64,000 nt of DNA from Porticoccaceae bacterium (GTDB lineage Bacteria > Pseudomonadota > Gammaproteobacteria > Pseudomonadales > Porticoccaceae). Location of the stretch: the NCBI GenBank assembly GCA_029242085.1, contig JAQWUP010000040.1, positions 21,245 through 85,244 of the forward strand, read 5' to 3'. Within the stretch, counting starts at the first letter, position 1, and each line of letters opens with the position of its first letter. Of this stretch, positions 39,190 to 51,350 are shown piece after piece. The translations under genes and the position numbers were made by a program. Under the pieces are notes generated by a model, which was not told where the DNA came from, made no database searches, and saw only the letters and a list, made by a program, of their open reading frames with translations.

Positions 39190-39693
39190 GTTGGGGGGAT
39201 AGCGTCATAGATTATGCTGATTCTTCAACTATTTGATCGCAGTTTTTTAATTTCGACAATTAAGTACTATTGCATATTAAAAAAAACACTCGCTCTGCCA
39301 GAAAATATAATCACAGATTAAGCTGGTGCTGAGCGTCGAGCAAAGCCGCTTAATGGCTACATTCTTTACTATACAAAAATGAAATTCACAGCCAAGCAAT
39401 AGATAAAAATCAATTTTTGCTTATTCTTAGGTCTTGCGAAAACAAATTAACCCCTGTACCTTTGGTCGCGTAGCACTGAATAAAAACAAACGGTTTTCAC
39501 GCCAGTTGCGTTTTATACAGGCGATAGAATTCCGGTACGCTTGGGGTATTTATGCCACTAAAGATGTATAGGAAAATTATTCGTTTAGGCCGCGCCCGCC
39601 ACCGATCCAAGGTGGTAAGACATTCCTTTATCTGCACTTCTCTCTTTTCTATCAAGCCCTTTCGGTATTTTTATCTGACTGGAAGGGGGGTTG

Positions 39694-40131
39694 ATGGTTA
39701 ACCAATACGCCAATGAAATCTGGCCTCTGGCCGTCTACTTTGTCATGGTGATCCTACTGGTTATCACTATGTTAGTGCTGTCTTGGCTGCTCGGCCAGCG
39801 GCGTCGAGAAGCCGCAACTAATGACCCATTTGAATCTGGCATTGTGTCTGTTGGTGGTTCACAGGTTCGTATCTCAGTCGAATTTTATCTGGTGGCCATC
39901 TTTTTTGTTATCTTCGATTTAGAAACTGTTTTTATCTTTGCTTGGGCCATCGCGTTTTTTGAGCTGGGTTGGCAGGGGTATCTCTCGATGTTGGTATTTA
40001 TCGCGGTACTAGTATTGGCACTGATATACGAATGGCGCTCCGGAGCGCTGGAGTGGGGCAACAAAACCCGTGTTGGCTTGCAGGCAGCACAGAGAGCAGA
40101 GCAGCTAAAGGCCGCCGAGGACAAATTATGA
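39694..40131 (+). CDS. nuoA: NADH-quinone oxidoreductase subunit A
   Basis: [24 protein letters not shown]. Confidence 0.95.
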   Translation: MVNQYANEIWPLAVYFVMVILLVITMLVLSWLLGQRRREAATNDPFESGIVSVGGSQVRISVEFYLVAIFFVIFDLETVFIFAWAIAFFELGWQGYLSMLVFIAVLVLALIYEWRSGALEWGNKTRVGLQAAQRAEQLKAAEDKL

Positions 40132-40766
40132 AGTGGAGTTTAACTCGGCCGGACGAGGGTAATCTATTAGATCACAGTGATAAATTTATTGAAGAGCAAG
40201 TCAAACGTAATGTTGCCTTTGCCAAGTTAGAAGACTTAGTAGCCTGGGGGCGCTCCCATTCATTGTGGCCGTTTAATTTTGGTCTTTCCTGTTGCTATGT
40301 AGAGATGGCGACATCCTTTACTAGTCGTCACGATATTGCCCGCTTTGGCTCAGAGGTTATACGCGCCACCCCTAGGCAAGCGGACCTAATGGTAATTTCT
40401 GGTACCTGTTTTTTAAAAATGGCACCTGTTGTGCAGCGCCTTTATGAGCAGCTCCTTGAACCTCGTTGGATTATTTCCATGGGCTCATGCGCCAATTCTG
40501 GCGGCATGTACGATATTTATTCAGTCGTGCAAGGGGTCGATAAATTTATTCCGGTAGACGTCTATGTTCCAGGATGTCCACCGCGCCCTGAGGCACTGAT
40601 GCAGGGCCTGATAATGTTGCAAGAGTCTATTGGTAAGGAGCGACGACCCATCACCTGGGCAGCTGGCGATCAGACGGTCATTAAACCGAAAAAAATCAGC
40701 AAGCGCGATGAGCTGACCGCACAGCGTATAGAAGCCACAGAGTTACGGGAACCAAAAGACGTGTAG
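40128..40766 (+). CDS. nuoB: NADH-quinone oxidoreductase subunit B
   Basis: [25 protein letters not shown]; ATGA overlap with nuoA stop. Confidence 0.95.
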   Translation: MKWSLTRPDEGNLLDHSDKFIEEQVKRNVAFAKLEDLVAWGRSHSLWPFNFGLSCCYVEMATSFTSRHDIARFGSEVIRATPRQADLMVISGTCFLKMAPVVQRLYEQLLEPRWIISMGSCANSGGMYDIYSVVQGVDKFIPVDVYVPGCPPRPEALMQGLIMLQESIGKERRPITWAAGDQTVIKPKKISKRDELTAQRIEATELREPKDV

Positions 40767-40791
40767 ACCGAATAAAAATTAAGGGGTTTTA

Positions 40792-42543
40792 ATGCAGATG
40801 GCTGAATCTAAGGTTCATAGCCTGGTTGAAGAGGACCTGTACGGGAAGTTTGGTCAGGCGCTGTTTACAGCTCAACCTAGCGCGGACTCAACACTCACTT
40901 TGTGGGTGCCTCGCGATCGTATGATAGAGGTTCTGCAATATCTCAAACCCAAGTTCTCCATGCTCTATGATTTGTTTGCCATCGATGAGCGCACCCGCGT
41001 TTATTGCGACGGCCAGCCGGCCTCAGATTTCACAATTGTCTATCAATTATTATCCCTGGATCGTAATGAGGATATTCGTATCAAAGTGGCGCTGGCCGAA
41101 TCCAGTCTCAATGTACCTACGATTATTTCGGTCTGGCCCAATGCTAATTGGTATGAGCGGGAAGTCTGGGATATGTTTGGTGTGCTATTTGCCGGTCATC
41201 CCAATCTTTACCGTATTCTTTTGCCGCCCACCTGGGAGGGCCATGCACTGCGCAAAGACCATCCTGCACGCGCTACCGAAATGGGTGAGTTTGAAATGGG
41301 GCCAGAGCGAGTGGCCAAAGAGCAGGAGGCGCTACGTTTTCGTCCAGAACAATGGGGCATGGAAAAAGCCACTGACGACAGCGAATATATGTTTTTAAAT
41401 CTGGGCCCTAACCATCCCAGTGTGCATGGTGTTTTTCGTGTGGCCTTGCAGTTAGACGGCGAAGTGATTATTGATTCGGTACCCGATATTGGCTATCACC
41501 ATCGCGGTGCCGAAAAGATGGGCGAGCGCCAGACCTGGCATACGTTTATTCCCTACACCGATCGTATTGATTACCTAGGTGGGGTGATGAATAACCTCGC
41601 CTATATTCAGTCGGTAGAAATGTTGGCCGGTATACAGGTGCCAGAGCGAGCCAAGATTATTCGTATTATGCTCGCCGAGCTTTTTCGAATTTCTAGTCAT
41701 TTAGTGTTTTACGGTACCTTCGTGCAAGACGTGGGTCAGATGTCGCCAGTATTTTATATGTTTGCCGACCGTGAAAAATTATTTGGCATTATTGAAGCTA
41801 TTACCGGTGGGCGTATGCATCCAGCATGGTTTCGTATTGGTGGTGTAGCTCAGGACTTGCCTAACGGGTGGGACCGAATGATTCGCGAGTTTATCGATTA
41901 TCTGCCGGCGCGTCTGGACCATTATGACAAGATGGCTATGCAAAACAAAATGCTTAAAGAGCGCACCGTGGGCATTGGTGTGTACACCCAGCAAGAGGCT
42001 CTTGACTGGGGTATTACCGGCCCCGGTTTGCGCGCCACAGGCATCGACTGGGATGTGCGTAAAAAACGTCCTTATGGCGGTTATGACCAGTTTGAATTTG
42101 ATGTGCCAACCTCCAATAACGGCGACTGCTATGACCGCGCCGAACTGCGTATTGAAGAGATGCGCCAGAGCCTGCGGATTATCCGTCAGTGTTTAGATAA
42201 TATGCCCGGCGGTGCCTACAAGAGTGATCATCCGCAGACCACGCCGCCGCCAAAAGAACGCACCATGGAAGATATTGAAACCCTGATTCATCATTTTTTA
42301 AATGTTAGCTGGGGGCCAGTTATTCCTCAGGGAGAAGCGTCGGTTATGATTGAAGCGACCAAAGGCATTAATAGCTACCATCTGATTAGCGACGGCGGTA
42401 CTAACTCTTATCGCACGCGAATTCGCACACCTTCTTTCCCTCACTTGCAACAGATTCCACTGATTAGTAAAGGTCTTATGATCCCGGATCTGATTGCCAT
42501 TATTGCCAGTATTGACTTTGTTATGGCGGACGTAGACCGATGA
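40792..42543 (+). CDS. nuoC: NADH-quinone oxidoreductase fused subunit C/D
   Basis: [11 protein letters not shown] and LRKDHP (C); [24 protein letters not shown] (D). Confidence 0.95.
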   Translation: MQMAESKVHSLVEEDLYGKFGQALFTAQPSADSTLTLWVPRDRMIEVLQYLKPKFSMLYDLFAIDERTRVYCDGQPASDFTIVYQLLSLDRNEDIRIKVALAESSLNVPTIISVWPNANWYEREVWDMFGVLFAGHPNLYRILLPPTWEGHALRKDHPARATEMGEFEMGPERVAKEQEALRFRPEQWGMEKATDDSEYMFLNLGPNHPSVHGVFRVALQLDGEVIIDSVPDIGYHHRGAEKMGERQTWHTFIPYTDRIDYLGGVMNNLAYIQSVEMLAGIQVPERAKIIRIMLAELFRISSHLVFYGTFVQDVGQMSPVFYMFADREKLFGIIEAITGGRMHPAWFRIGGVAQDLPNGWDRMIREFIDYLPARLDHYDKMAMQNKMLKERTVGIGVYTQQEALDWGITGPGLRATGIDWDVRKKRPYGGYDQFEFDVPTSNNGDCYDRAELRIEEMRQSLRIIRQCLDNMPGGAYKSDHPQTTPPPKERTMEDIETLIHHFLNVSWGPVIPQGEASVMIEATKGINSYHLISDGGTNSYRTRIRTPSFPHLQQIPLISKGLMIPDLIAIIASIDFVMADVDR

Positions 42544-43064
42544 ATGATGCGCAGATGATTCAAACCGACTTGGATTCAGTGCTCAGTGCTGAAGAGTTAA
42601 GAGAAATAGACGCAGAGCTTTCTCATGTGCCTTATAAGTCCGGCGCTGCTATAGACGCCCTCAAAATAGTGCAGGCCAGGCGCGGCTGGATATCTGACCA
42701 ATGCCTTCAAGCCATTGCCAAATATTTAGATATGTCGGCGGAAGAACTCGAGGGTATAGCGACGTTTTATAATTTGATTTATCGCCGACCTGTGGGCAAA
42801 AAAGTTATTTTATTTTGCGATAGCGTGAGCTGCTGGATCTGTGGTTGCGATAGTATTAAACAAAAAATAACCGATGTGCTGGGTGTCGACTATGGCCAAA
42901 CCACTGAAGATAACGAATATAGTCTAATTCCCGTGCCCTGTTTGGGCGCCTGCGATAGGGCGCCGGTGATGATGGTGGGTGATGACCTAGTGACCCATAT
43001 AGACGAGGCTAAAATTGATGAGTTGTTTGCTGATAAAACAAATAACTCAGGGGGTAATACATAA
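42540..43064 (+). CDS. nuoE: NADH-quinone oxidoreductase subunit E
   Basis: ATFY, CDSVSC, CLGAC 2Fe-2S ligands. Confidence 0.95.
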   Translation: MNDAQMIQTDLDSVLSAEELREIDAELSHVPYKSGAAIDALKIVQARRGWISDQCLQAIAKYLDMSAEELEGIATFYNLIYRRPVGKKVILFCDSVSCWICGCDSIKQKITDVLGVDYGQTTEDNEYSLIPVPCLGACDRAPVMMVGDDLVTHIDEAKIDELFADKTNNSGGNT

Positions 43065-44359
43065 TGGAAAAAGTATTAACCCGCAATATTGGCGCTGACC
43101 TAAAGCCCACCGGCCTCAACGCCTATGAGGCCAATGGTGGCTATCAGGGGCTGCGCAAGGCCCTAGCTGAACTGTCACCCAAAGATTGCCAGGACGTTAT
43201 CAGTGCGTCCAATCTACGGGGTCGCGGTGGGGCCGGTTTTCCTACCGGGATGAAGTGGAGCTTTGTGCCCATGGGTGACAGGTGCACTCCTGGACATAAG
43301 TATCTGGTCTGCAATGCTGACGAAATGGAGCCCGGCGCTTTTAAAGACCGCCTGCTAATGGAATATGACCCACATCAATTAATTGAGGGCATGATTTTAA
43401 GTGCCTATACCATTGGTGCTGATATCTCGTATATTTTTATTCGCGGTGAATATGTAGTAGCTATACAGCGCCTGCGGGACGCGCTGGCCGAATGCTATGC
43501 AGCTGGTTATCTGGGTGACAATATTCTCGGCAGTGGTTTTAGCCTCAAAATGTATGTGCACCCCAGTGCTGGGCGTTATATTTGTGGCGAAGAAACTGCG
43601 TTAATTAATGCCCTGGAAGGCAAGCGCGCTAACCCCAGAGCCAAGCCGCCGTTTCCTCAGGTGAGCGGTCTCTGGGGGCGTCCAACGATCGTTAACAATG
43701 TGGAAACACTTTGTAATATTTCCCATATTATTTATCGTGGTGCCGACTGGTTTAACAGCTTGGGTGTGGGTGAAGATAGCGGCACTAAAATGTTTGGTGT
43801 CAGCGGCAGAGTTAAAAATCCCGGCTGTTGGGAACTGCCTATGGGCACGCCAATTCGCGAGATTATTGAAGATCATGCTGGTGGCATGCAAGAGGGTTTA
43901 CAGCTCAAAGGGTTTTTACCAGGCGGTGGATCAACGGACTTCCTAACCCATGAGCATCTTGATCTGGCCATGGACTACAACGTGATAGGCAAAGCCGGTA
44001 GCCGCATGGGCACCGGTACCATGATTATTCTTGATGACCAGACCTGTCCTGTGGGTATGGTACTTAACCTTATTCGATTCTTTGCCCATGAGTCCTGTGG
44101 ATTCTGTACCCCATGCCGAGATGGTTTACCCTGGTCGCGTCAGGTTCTAGAAGATATTGAATCTGGTCATGGCCAAGCCGAGGATCTCGAAACTCTGGCC
44201 TATCAAATTGGCTATATAGGGGCTATTGGTAACACCCACTGTGCGTTGGCGCCAGGTGCCATGGAGCCCCTGCAGAGCGCATTAAAATATTTCCGCGATG
44301 ACTTTGATCGCCACATTAGTGGTGGTTGCTGTCCCTATCATACGACTCGGGGAGCTTAG
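43064..44359 (+). CDS. nuoF: NADH-quinone oxidoreductase subunit F
   Basis: GRGGAGF, NADEMEPG, GRYICGEETAL, ESCGFCTPCRDG. Confidence 0.96.
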   Translation: MEKVLTRNIGADLKPTGLNAYEANGGYQGLRKALAELSPKDCQDVISASNLRGRGGAGFPTGMKWSFVPMGDRCTPGHKYLVCNADEMEPGAFKDRLLMEYDPHQLIEGMILSAYTIGADISYIFIRGEYVVAIQRLRDALAECYAAGYLGDNILGSGFSLKMYVHPSAGRYICGEETALINALEGKRANPRAKPPFPQVSGLWGRPTIVNNVETLCNISHIIYRGADWFNSLGVGEDSGTKMFGVSGRVKNPGCWELPMGTPIREIIEDHAGGMQEGLQLKGFLPGGGSTDFLTHEHLDLAMDYNVIGKAGSRMGTGTMIILDDQTCPVGMVLNLIRFFAHESCGFCTPCRDGLPWSRQVLEDIESGHGQAEDLETLAYQIGYIGAIGNTHCALAPGAMEPLQSALKYFRDDFDRHISGGCCPYHTTRGA

Positions 44360-44362
44360 ACT

Positions 44363-47113
44363 ATGCCGACGATTTATATAGATGATCAGGCCCTTGAAGT
44401 TGCTCAGGGTGAGAATATTCTTGAAGCCTGTCTCAATGCCGGCATGGACCTGCCGTATTTTTGTTGGCATCCAGCCATGGGTTCGATTGGCTCCTGTCGA
44501 CAGTGCGCTCTAGTGCAATATCAAAACGAAGAGGATACAAAAGGTCGTATAGTGATGGGCTGCATGACCCCAGTAACTGAGGGCGCGCGGTTCTCATTAA
44601 GTGCCGACAATGCAGGTGAATTTCGCGAGGCGGTGGTTGAGTCATTAATGCTTAACCACCCCCACGACTGCCCAGTTTGTGGTGAGGGAGGCGAATGTCA
44701 TTTGCAGGATATGACGGTTATGGTGGGTCATCGCGATCGCCGTTATACCGGTAAGAAAAACACTCACCGCAATCAGTATTTGGGCCCGCTTATTCACCAT
44801 GAGATGAATCGTTGTATTACCTGTTACCGCTGTGAGCGCTACTACCGTGATTATGCCGGTGGTAAAGATTTGGCGGCTCAGGCCTCCCATGACCATGTTT
44901 ATTTTGGCCGCCATGAAGAGGGTGTGTTGCAGAGCGAATTTTCAGGCAACCTGGTTGAAGTCTGCCCCACAGGTGTATTTACTGACAAACCATTTTTAAA
45001 ACATTACAGTCGCAAGTGGGATCTGCAGTCTGCACCCTCTATCTGCAGTGGCTGTGCCGTGGGTTGTAACATAGCGCCGGGGGAACGCTACGGAAGATTA
45101 AAACGAGTACACAACCGCTATAACCATGAGGTTAACGGCTACTTTCTGTGCGACCGCGGGCGTTTTGGTAGTGGCTATATCAATAGCGACGCGCGCTTGG
45201 ATTACGCGGGTATTAAAAAACCTGACGGCAGTTTTATGGCCGTGCATCAGCAGCAGGCCATAGACACAGCTGTGGGTTGGATAAAAAATAAAAAGGTCGC
45301 TGGTATCGGTTCGCCAAGGGCCTCACTTGAAGCCAACTATCTGTTGCGAGAGCTGGTGGGTGCCGCCAATTTTGTACCGGGATTTTCTGATAGAGAAGCG
45401 GCAATACTCAGCACCATTGTGCGTACGTTAAAAACTACCACAGCGGCTAATCCCTCCATTAAACAGATGGAAGCTGCGGATGCGATTTTAATTCTCGGGG
45501 AAGATGTGACCAACACAGCGCCGCGAGTAGCGCTGGGTCTTCGTCAGTCGGTGCGCAACAAAGCATTTGAGTTGGCCGCGCAGATGGGTCTGCCTCAGTG
45601 GCAGGATGCTGCGGTGCGCAATCTGGCCCAGGATCAGCGCTCGCCAATGATTATTGTCTCGGCTATGGATACTCGCCTTGACGATGTGGCCAGCCAATGT
45701 ATCTCTCTACCTGCGGATGATATTGCCGCCTTCGGCTACGGGGTTGCCAAGGCACTGTCCGGGGAAAAAATGGATGATGAGGCGGTTAATCAGGTTGCCG
45801 ATATTCTTTTTGCCGCCAATAGTCCGTTGGTTATCAGTGGCACCAGTATGCTCCATGAGGGCATTATTAATAGTGCAGTGGCAGTGGCGGAGCAGCTACA
45901 TACCTCAGGTAAGTCAAGTATGCTGAGCCTCTGTGTGGCAGAGTCGAATAGTTTGGGGTTGGCGCTACTTGTGGATGATGGTCAGTCTGATAGAGCTGCC
46001 TCAATCCCTAAGTTAGCTAAGCGAGCCAGTAAACTCGATGCAGTTATTATTCTCGAAAATACCCTAGAGCGCCGTGGCGCCAGTGGAGAAATTCAGCAAC
46101 TGTTCGATGCTGATAGCAAAGTTATTAGTATGGATATCTTAGAAAATACCACATTAGGGAATTCCGACCTGGTGTTGCCCGCGGCCTCCTATGCTGAGTC
46201 TCAGGGTACATTGGTTAGCAGTGAGGGACGCGCCCAGCGTTATTTCCCAGTGTACCAACCGAGCGCCGAGCGATTACCCAGTTGGCAGTGGTTACTAAAG
46301 CTGGCTGCAGGCTGTGAATGCTCAGAGCTTGCCGAGCTAGAATATTTCGATCAGGTAGTAGCTGCCTGTGCCAATAGCCAGCCTGCACTGGCACAGCTAG
46401 TTGATGTGGCACCGTTGCGCGACTACCGCAATCAAGGTTTGAAAATCCCCCGTCAGACTCATAGATATAGTGGTCGCACCGCCATGAACGCAGGAGTGTC
46501 GGTTCATGAACCACAGCAGCCTAAAGATACTCAGAGCCCCTTGGCCTTTAGTATGGAAGGTTTAAATCGCGATGAACCCGCGTCGCTAATTCCCTATGTT
46601 TGGTCCCCCGGTTGGAACTCAAATCAGTCACTGCAAAAGTTTCAGGCCGAGGTCGATGGGCCCTTAAAAGGCGGCACATCTGGAGCCCATCTAATTAGTT
46701 CAGATGGCTTAGGTGCGGTTCAACCTCAGGTGTCTGTTACCGCCAATCTAAAACCTCATCAATGGCATCTGGTGCCTGTGCATCGAGTTCATGGCAGTGA
46801 TGAAATGTCTATAAATACCGATGAGGTTGCCGAACTGGCGGGTAGGCCATTTATTGCTATAGGTGAAAAATTGGCCGAGAAGCTCGGTGTGGTAGAGGGC
46901 GATGGGCTGCTAGTGACTCAGCATAAAGCCGAGTTTTCACTGGAAGTGAAAATACTCTCCAGAGTGGCCAAGAACTGTGTCGGATTCAGCGCGGGTTATA
47001 GTGAGACATTAGAGTTGCAGCCGGGCGACCTAGTTACCCTCGTAAAAGATGAGTCTTGGGTTTACCCAACGCCAACTATGATTGCCACAGATAGAGGGGC
47101 GGCCCATGTCTGA
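44363..47113 (+). CDS. nuoG: NADH-quinone oxidoreductase subunit G
   Basis: FCWH, CRQC, HPHDCPVC, CITCYRC, CSGCAVGC. Confidence 0.95.
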   Translation: MPTIYIDDQALEVAQGENILEACLNAGMDLPYFCWHPAMGSIGSCRQCALVQYQNEEDTKGRIVMGCMTPVTEGARFSLSADNAGEFREAVVESLMLNHPHDCPVCGEGGECHLQDMTVMVGHRDRRYTGKKNTHRNQYLGPLIHHEMNRCITCYRCERYYRDYAGGKDLAAQASHDHVYFGRHEEGVLQSEFSGNLVEVCPTGVFTDKPFLKHYSRKWDLQSAPSICSGCAVGCNIAPGERYGRLKRVHNRYNHEVNGYFLCDRGRFGSGYINSDARLDYAGIKKPDGSFMAVHQQQAIDTAVGWIKNKKVAGIGSPRASLEANYLLRELVGAANFVPGFSDREAAILSTIVRTLKTTTAANPSIKQMEAADAILILGEDVTNTAPRVALGLRQSVRNKAFELAAQMGLPQWQDAAVRNLAQDQRSPMIIVSAMDTRLDDVASQCISLPADDIAAFGYGVAKALSGEKMDDEAVNQVADILFAANSPLVISGTSMLHEGIINSAVAVAEQLHTSGKSSMLSLCVAESNSLGLALLVDDGQSDRAASIPKLAKRASKLDAVIILENTLERRGASGEIQQLFDADSKVISMDILENTTLGNSDLVLPAASYAESQGTLVSSEGRAQRYFPVYQPSAERLPSWQWLLKLAAGCECSELAELEYFDQVVAACANSQPALAQLVDVAPLRDYRNQGLKIPRQTHRYSGRTAMNAGVSVHEPQQPKDTQSPLAFSMEGLNRDEPASLIPYVWSPGWNSNQSLQKFQAEVDGPLKGGTSGAHLISSDGLGAVQPQVSVTANLKPHQWHLVPVHRVHGSDEMSINTDEVAELAGRPFIAIGEKLAEKLGVVEGDGLLVTQHKAEFSLEVKILSRVAKNCVGFSAGYSETLELQPGDLVTLVKDESWVYPTPTMIATDRGAAHV

Positions 47114-48080
47114 GTTAATGCCAGTGCTACTGGCCCTGACTATTTTGATTGGTGGTGTTGCTGGGGCAGCCATTTTGACCTGGTTCGAACGCCGTTTGCT
47201 GGGGGTATGGCAAGACCGCTACGGACCGAATCGGCTGGGGCCACTGGGTATAGGTCAGGTGTTGGCAGATATGATTAAGCTGCTATTTAAGGATGATTGG
47301 GTTCCGCCCTTTGCCGACAAAGTGGTATTTATCTTTGCACCTACTGCCATTGTCGTGGCCATGATGATGGGTTTTGCTGTGGTGCCCTTTGCGCCAGGTA
47401 TGATGATTATTGATGTAAATATTGGTCTACTATTTTTTCTGGGCATGACTTCCCTCGCGGTCTACAGCGTATTGCTCGGTGGTCTGGCGTCGAATAATAA
47501 ATATGCCTTGTTGGGTGGCCTGCGCTCGGCGGCCCAGATGGTGAGTTACGAAGTGTTTATGGGGCTGTCGCTAATGGGCGTGGTCATGATGAGCGGTAGC
47601 TTCAGTCTGGTGGATATTGTCGAGGCACAAACTGACGTGTGGTTTTGCTTTTCTCAGATTCTCGGGTTAATTGTTTTTGTTATTGCAGGTATCGCTGAGA
47701 GTCACCGTTTGCCATTTGATTTACCCGAGGCAGAGCACGAGTTAACAGCTGGGTTTCACACCGAATACGGCGGAATGAAATTTGCCATGTTTATGCTCGG
47801 GGAATACCTTGGGCTGATGCTTATCTCCTGCATGATTGTGACGTTATTTTTTGGTGGTTGGCACGGACCTGCGCTAATCGGCCACTGGTTACCGCCATTA
47901 TTTTGGTTCGGTTTTAAGGTCTTTATTGTTATTTGTTTCTTTGTACTTTTACGGGCAGCCATTCCCCGGCCACGCTACGACCAGCTTATGTCCCTGGGAT
48001 GGAAAGTGATGTTGCCGATTACATTGATCAACCTGGTGATCACAGGTGCAGTATTGTTATGGATGGAGGGAGCGGCCTAA
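47106..48080 (+). CDS. nuoH: NADH-quinone oxidoreductase subunit H
   Basis: [37 protein letters not shown]; ATG 47106. Confidence 0.95.
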   Translation: MSELMPVLLALTILIGGVAGAAILTWFERRLLGVWQDRYGPNRLGPLGIGQVLADMIKLLFKDDWVPPFADKVVFIFAPTAIVVAMMMGFAVVPFAPGMMIIDVNIGLLFFLGMTSLAVYSVLLGGLASNNKYALLGGLRSAAQMVSYEVFMGLSLMGVVMMSGSFSLVDIVEAQTDVWFCFSQILGLIVFVIAGIAESHRLPFDLPEAEHELTAGFHTEYGGMKFAMFMLGEYLGLMLISCMIVTLFFGGWHGPALIGHWLPPLFWFGFKVFIVICFFVLLRAAIPRPRYDQLMSLGWKVMLPITLINLVITGAVLLWMEGAA

Positions 48081-48595
48081 TGCTAAGTGAACTGAGAACT
48101 ATTTGGGAGGTACTCAAACATACCTTCACCAAGGCCGAGACGGTGCAGTACCCAGAGGAAATGCCTTATCTGTCGCCAAGGTATCGGGGGCGAATAGTAC
48201 TGACTAGAGACCCAGATGGAGAGGAGCGCTGTGTCGCGTGCAACCTCTGTGCCGCGGTCTGCCCGGTAGACTGTATTGCGCTGCAAAAAGATACTCGCGA
48301 AGACGGTACCTGGTATCCAGAATTTTTCCGCATTAATTTTTCGCGCTGCATTATGTGTGGTATGTGTGAGGAAGCCTGCCCAACTTACGCCATTCAGTTA
48401 ACACCAGATTTTGAAATGTGTGAGTACGATCGGCAGAACATGGTTTATGAAAAAGAGAATTTATTAATTAATGGCGTGGGCAAGTATCCGGATTACAATT
48501 TTTATCGGGTCTCTGGTATGCAAACTGCAACCAAAGATAAGGGCCAGGCAAAAAATGAAGCTGCGCCGATAGACCCTAAGAGTCTTTTACCATGA
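48080..48595 (+). CDS. nuoI: NADH-quinone oxidoreductase subunit I
   Basis: [12 protein letters not shown] and [12 protein letters not shown]; TAATG overlap with nuoH. Confidence 0.96.
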   Translation: MLSELRTIWEVLKHTFTKAETVQYPEEMPYLSPRYRGRIVLTRDPDGEERCVACNLCAAVCPVDCIALQKDTREDGTWYPEFFRINFSRCIMCGMCEEACPTYAIQLTPDFEMCEYDRQNMVYEKENLLINGVGKYPDYNFYRVSGMQTATKDKGQAKNEAAPIDPKSLLP

Positions 48596-48658
48596 AGCCG
48601 CACAGAGTAGTTGGCAACAATTGCCTGGGTGCAGGTTCGCTGGAATCAGGGAGTTTTT

Positions 48659-49186
48659 ATGCTTGAGATAACACTCTTTTATATAGCTGCGACCATTGCC
48701 CTAGTGGCCACTGTTTTGGCCATGACTAGAGCCAATGCAATTCACGCCTTGATCTATCTGATTGTTTCGCTTCTGGCGGTAGCGGTTATTTTCTTTTTAA
48801 TTGGCGCCCCCTTTGCCGCAGCCTTAGAAATTGTGATTTACGCTGGCGCCATCATGGTGCTGTTTGTCTTCGTGATTATGATGCTCAATTTAGGGGAGAA
48901 GGGTGACCAGCAGGAGCGTCATTGGCTGCAACCAAAAATATGGATTGGACCGGCACTTCTGGTCACGCTTTTATTTATTGAGTTGCTCTATGTTATTGCC
49001 AGAGTTGAAGGGCCTGTGTCGGTCACTTCGGTCTCGGCTAAAGAAGTGGGCCTGTCTCTGTTTGGTCCCTATGTGTTGGCAGTAGAGATTGCTTCTATGC
49101 TATTGCTCGCCGGTCTGGTGGGGTCCTTTCATCTGGGGCGTCGGTATCTGGATCGAGATGGCATCGAAAAGGAGGGCGAACAATAA
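48659..49186 (+). CDS. nuoJ: NADH-quinone oxidoreductase subunit J
   Basis: [26 protein letters not shown]; GGGAG SD before ATG 48659. Confidence 0.94.
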   Translation: MLEITLFYIAATIALVATVLAMTRANAIHALIYLIVSLLAVAVIFFLIGAPFAAALEIVIYAGAIMVLFVFVIMMLNLGEKGDQQERHWLQPKIWIGPALLVTLLFIELLYVIARVEGPVSVTSVSAKEVGLSLFGPYVLAVEIASMLLLAGLVGSFHLGRRYLDRDGIEKEGEQ

Positions 49187-49500
49187 TGGAAGGCCTGAAT
49201 GTTCCACTCAATCATATTCTGCTGGTGTCATCATTGCTGTTTGCCATAGGCATGTTGGGTCTGATGATACGGCGCAATATTATTTTTATTCTGATGTCAT
49301 TGGAGGTCATGCTTAACTCTGCGGCTCTGGCTTTTGTTGCAGCTGGTGCCCATTGGGGGCAGCCGGATGGGCAGGTAGTTTTTATGCTGATTCTCACCGT
49401 GGCCGCTGCAGAAGTTGCAGTAGGATTGGGTTTGGTATTGCAGGTACAAAAACGCTTCAAAACCTTGGATATGGACCATGCCAATAGGATGAGGGGTTAA
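49186..49500 (+). CDS. nuoK: NADH-quinone oxidoreductase subunit K
   Basis: [25 protein letters not shown]. Confidence 0.95.
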   Translation: MEGLNVPLNHILLVSSLLFAIGMLGLMIRRNIIFILMSLEVMLNSAALAFVAAGAHWGQPDGQVVFMLILTVAAAEVAVGLGLVLQVQKRFKTLDMDHANRMRG

Positions 49501-49502
49501 TA

Positions 49503-51350
49503 ATGCTTGAACTTATTTGGCTAATACCGCTTATCCCTTTGTGCAGTTCTTTGCTGCTGATGCTCACGGCTGGCAGACTACCAAGGTTATTAATCGGTTA
49601 TCTAGGGGTTGGCTCTGTGGGTATTGCTGCTCTGTTAACTCTGGCTGCTGGCATTCACTTTATGGCTAACCCAGAGCCATTTGAACTGACATTATGGACC
49701 TGGATGCAGGTCGGAAACTTTGCCCCTGGCGTGGCCTTTTATTTTGATGGTCTGACGCTGGTAATGATGTCTGTGATTACTGGTGTGGGTTTTTTAATCC
49801 ATCTTTTTTCCACAGAATTTATGGAGAAGGATACGAGCTATGCCCGTTACTTTGCCTATTTAAATATGTTTGTCGCGGCCATGCTGATATTGGTGATGGC
49901 CGATAATCTACTACTCCTCTATCTTGGCTGGGAGGGCGTGGGGGTATGCAGTTACTTGCTCGTTGGGTTCTGGTACCAAAATAGTGCTAATGGCCAGTCT
50001 GCGCGCAAGGCCTTTATAGTCACACGTATCGGTGACACAGCCATGGCACTGGGTCTATTTTTACTGTTTACCGAATTAGGCACCTTGGATATTCAGGGCA
50101 TGGTTGCTATGGCCAATGAAACCTGGCAGGTGGGAGACAGTATTCCCCTAATTGCCTGCCTGCTTTTACTGGGTGGGGCGGTGGGCAAGTCTGCGCAGTT
50201 GCCGTTGCATACCTGGTTGCCCGATGCGATGGCGGGCCCAACCCCGGTCAGCGCCCTAATTCACGCGGCTACTATGGTGACGGCTGGCGTGTACTTAATT
50301 GCCCGTACTCACGGCCTGTTTTTATTGGCGCCCACAGCGATGATGGTAGTGGCGATTATTGGTATAGCGACCTCACTCATGGCGGCCTTTACCGCATTGA
50401 TGCAGTCGGACATTAAGCGGATTCTGGCCTACTCGACCATTAGTCAGATCGGCTACATGTTCTTGGCCCTGGGTGTTGGAGCCTGGACAGCAGGTATCTT
50501 TCATCTTATGACCCACGCCTTCTTTAAGGCACTGCTATTTCTTGGGTCAGGGGCCATTATTCACTGCCTGCACCATGAGCATAATATTTTCAAAATGGGT
50601 GGCCTGCGCAGAAAAATGCCAGTGACCTTCTGGAGTTTTATGATTGGTTCTGCGGCGCTGGCAGCACTACCCATGACTAGCGGTTTCTTTAGTAAGGACC
50701 AGATTTTGTTGGAGGCCTATCAGCTTCCGGGTATGGGTCCCTGGTTGTGGCTGGGAGGCCTTTTGGGTGCGCTACTCACAGCAATCTACAGCTTCCGTCT
50801 GGTGTTTGTCGTATTCTTTGGCAAGGCCAATACCGAGCCCGACAGAGACACCGGCTGGCGCATGGCAGTGCCGCTGACAGTGCTCTGCGCGCTGTCGCTG
50901 ATAGGTGGTTATTTTATTATTCCGGTGGAGGCAGTATTTCCTGCGGCCAGTGGAGAACATCCAGCGCACTGGGTGGAATATGTCTCTATTTCGGTACCTC
51001 TGATTGGTTTGCTACTAGCCTACCTGATTTTCCACAGTCGCCAGCTTAGAGTTGATGGTTTGGTTGGTTCTCGGGTCGGCCAGCTACTGCGTCGGTTTTG
51101 GTTCAGTGGCTGGGGTATAGATTGGCTCTATGACCGGCTTTTTGTACGACCCTATTATGAGTTGTCTGGCATGCTTAAATCAGAACCTGTGGATGTTATC
51201 TATGGCTTGATTGTGGCGATTAATCAAACCTTAAACCAGTGGCTCAGTGAGGCCCAGACTGGCCGTATGCGCTGGTACATTGCCAGTATGGTATTTGGCT
51301 TGGTAGTGCTGATTTCCTTAGCCCTGCAAATTTCACCGGAGGTGCTCTGA
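49503..51350 (+). CDS. nuoL: NADH-quinone oxidoreductase subunit L
   Basis: GWEGVG, GKSAQLPL.TWLPDAMAGPTPVSALIHAATMV, HAFFKALLF. Confidence 0.96.
   Translation: MLELIWLIPLIPLCSSLLLMLTAGRLPRLLIGYLGVGSVGIAALLTLAAGIHFMANPEPFELTLWTWMQVGNFAPGVAFYFDGLTLVMMSVITGVGFLIHLFSTEFMEKDTSYARYFAYLNMFVAAMLILVMADNLLLLYLGWEGVGVCSYLLVGFWYQNSANGQSARKAFIVTRIGDTAMALGLFLLFTELGTLDIQGMVAMANETWQVGDSIPLIACLLLLGGAVGKSAQLPLHTWLPDAMAGPTPVSALIHAATMVTAGVYLIARTHGLFLLAPTAMMVVAIIGIATSLMAAFTALMQSDIKRILAYSTISQIGYMFLALGVGAWTAGIFHLMTHAFFKALLFLGSGAIIHCLHHEHNIFKMGGLRRKMPVTFWSFMIGSAALAALPMTSGFFSKDQILLEAYQLPGMGPWLWLGGLLGALLTAIYSFRLVFVVFFGKANTEPDRDTGWRMAVPLTVLCALSLIGGYFIIPVEAVFPAASGEHPAHWVEYVSISVPLIGLLLAYLIFHSRQLRVDGLVGSRVGQLLRRFWFSGWGIDWLYDRLFVRPYYELSGMLKSEPVDVIYGLIVAINQTLNQWLSEAQTGRMRWYIASMVFGLVVLISLALQISPEVL

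Noticed and set aside
39127-39693. tRNA or attachment site after purA
   Set aside because: No cloverleaf or T-loop GTTCRA with matching stems, and no integrase in the window.
39969-40127. Long N-terminal extensions in the ORF track (nuoB 39969, nuoI 47933, nuoJ 48611, miaA 31495, rhdA 23508, trpS 2551)
   Set aside because: Most overlap upstream genes, and the downstream starts have SD sites or stop/start coupling and fit the family N-termini.
48596-48658. 63-bp nuoI-nuoJ spacer with a small GGCAA/TTGCC hairpin
   Set aside because: Short, weak stem with no terminator or repeat character.
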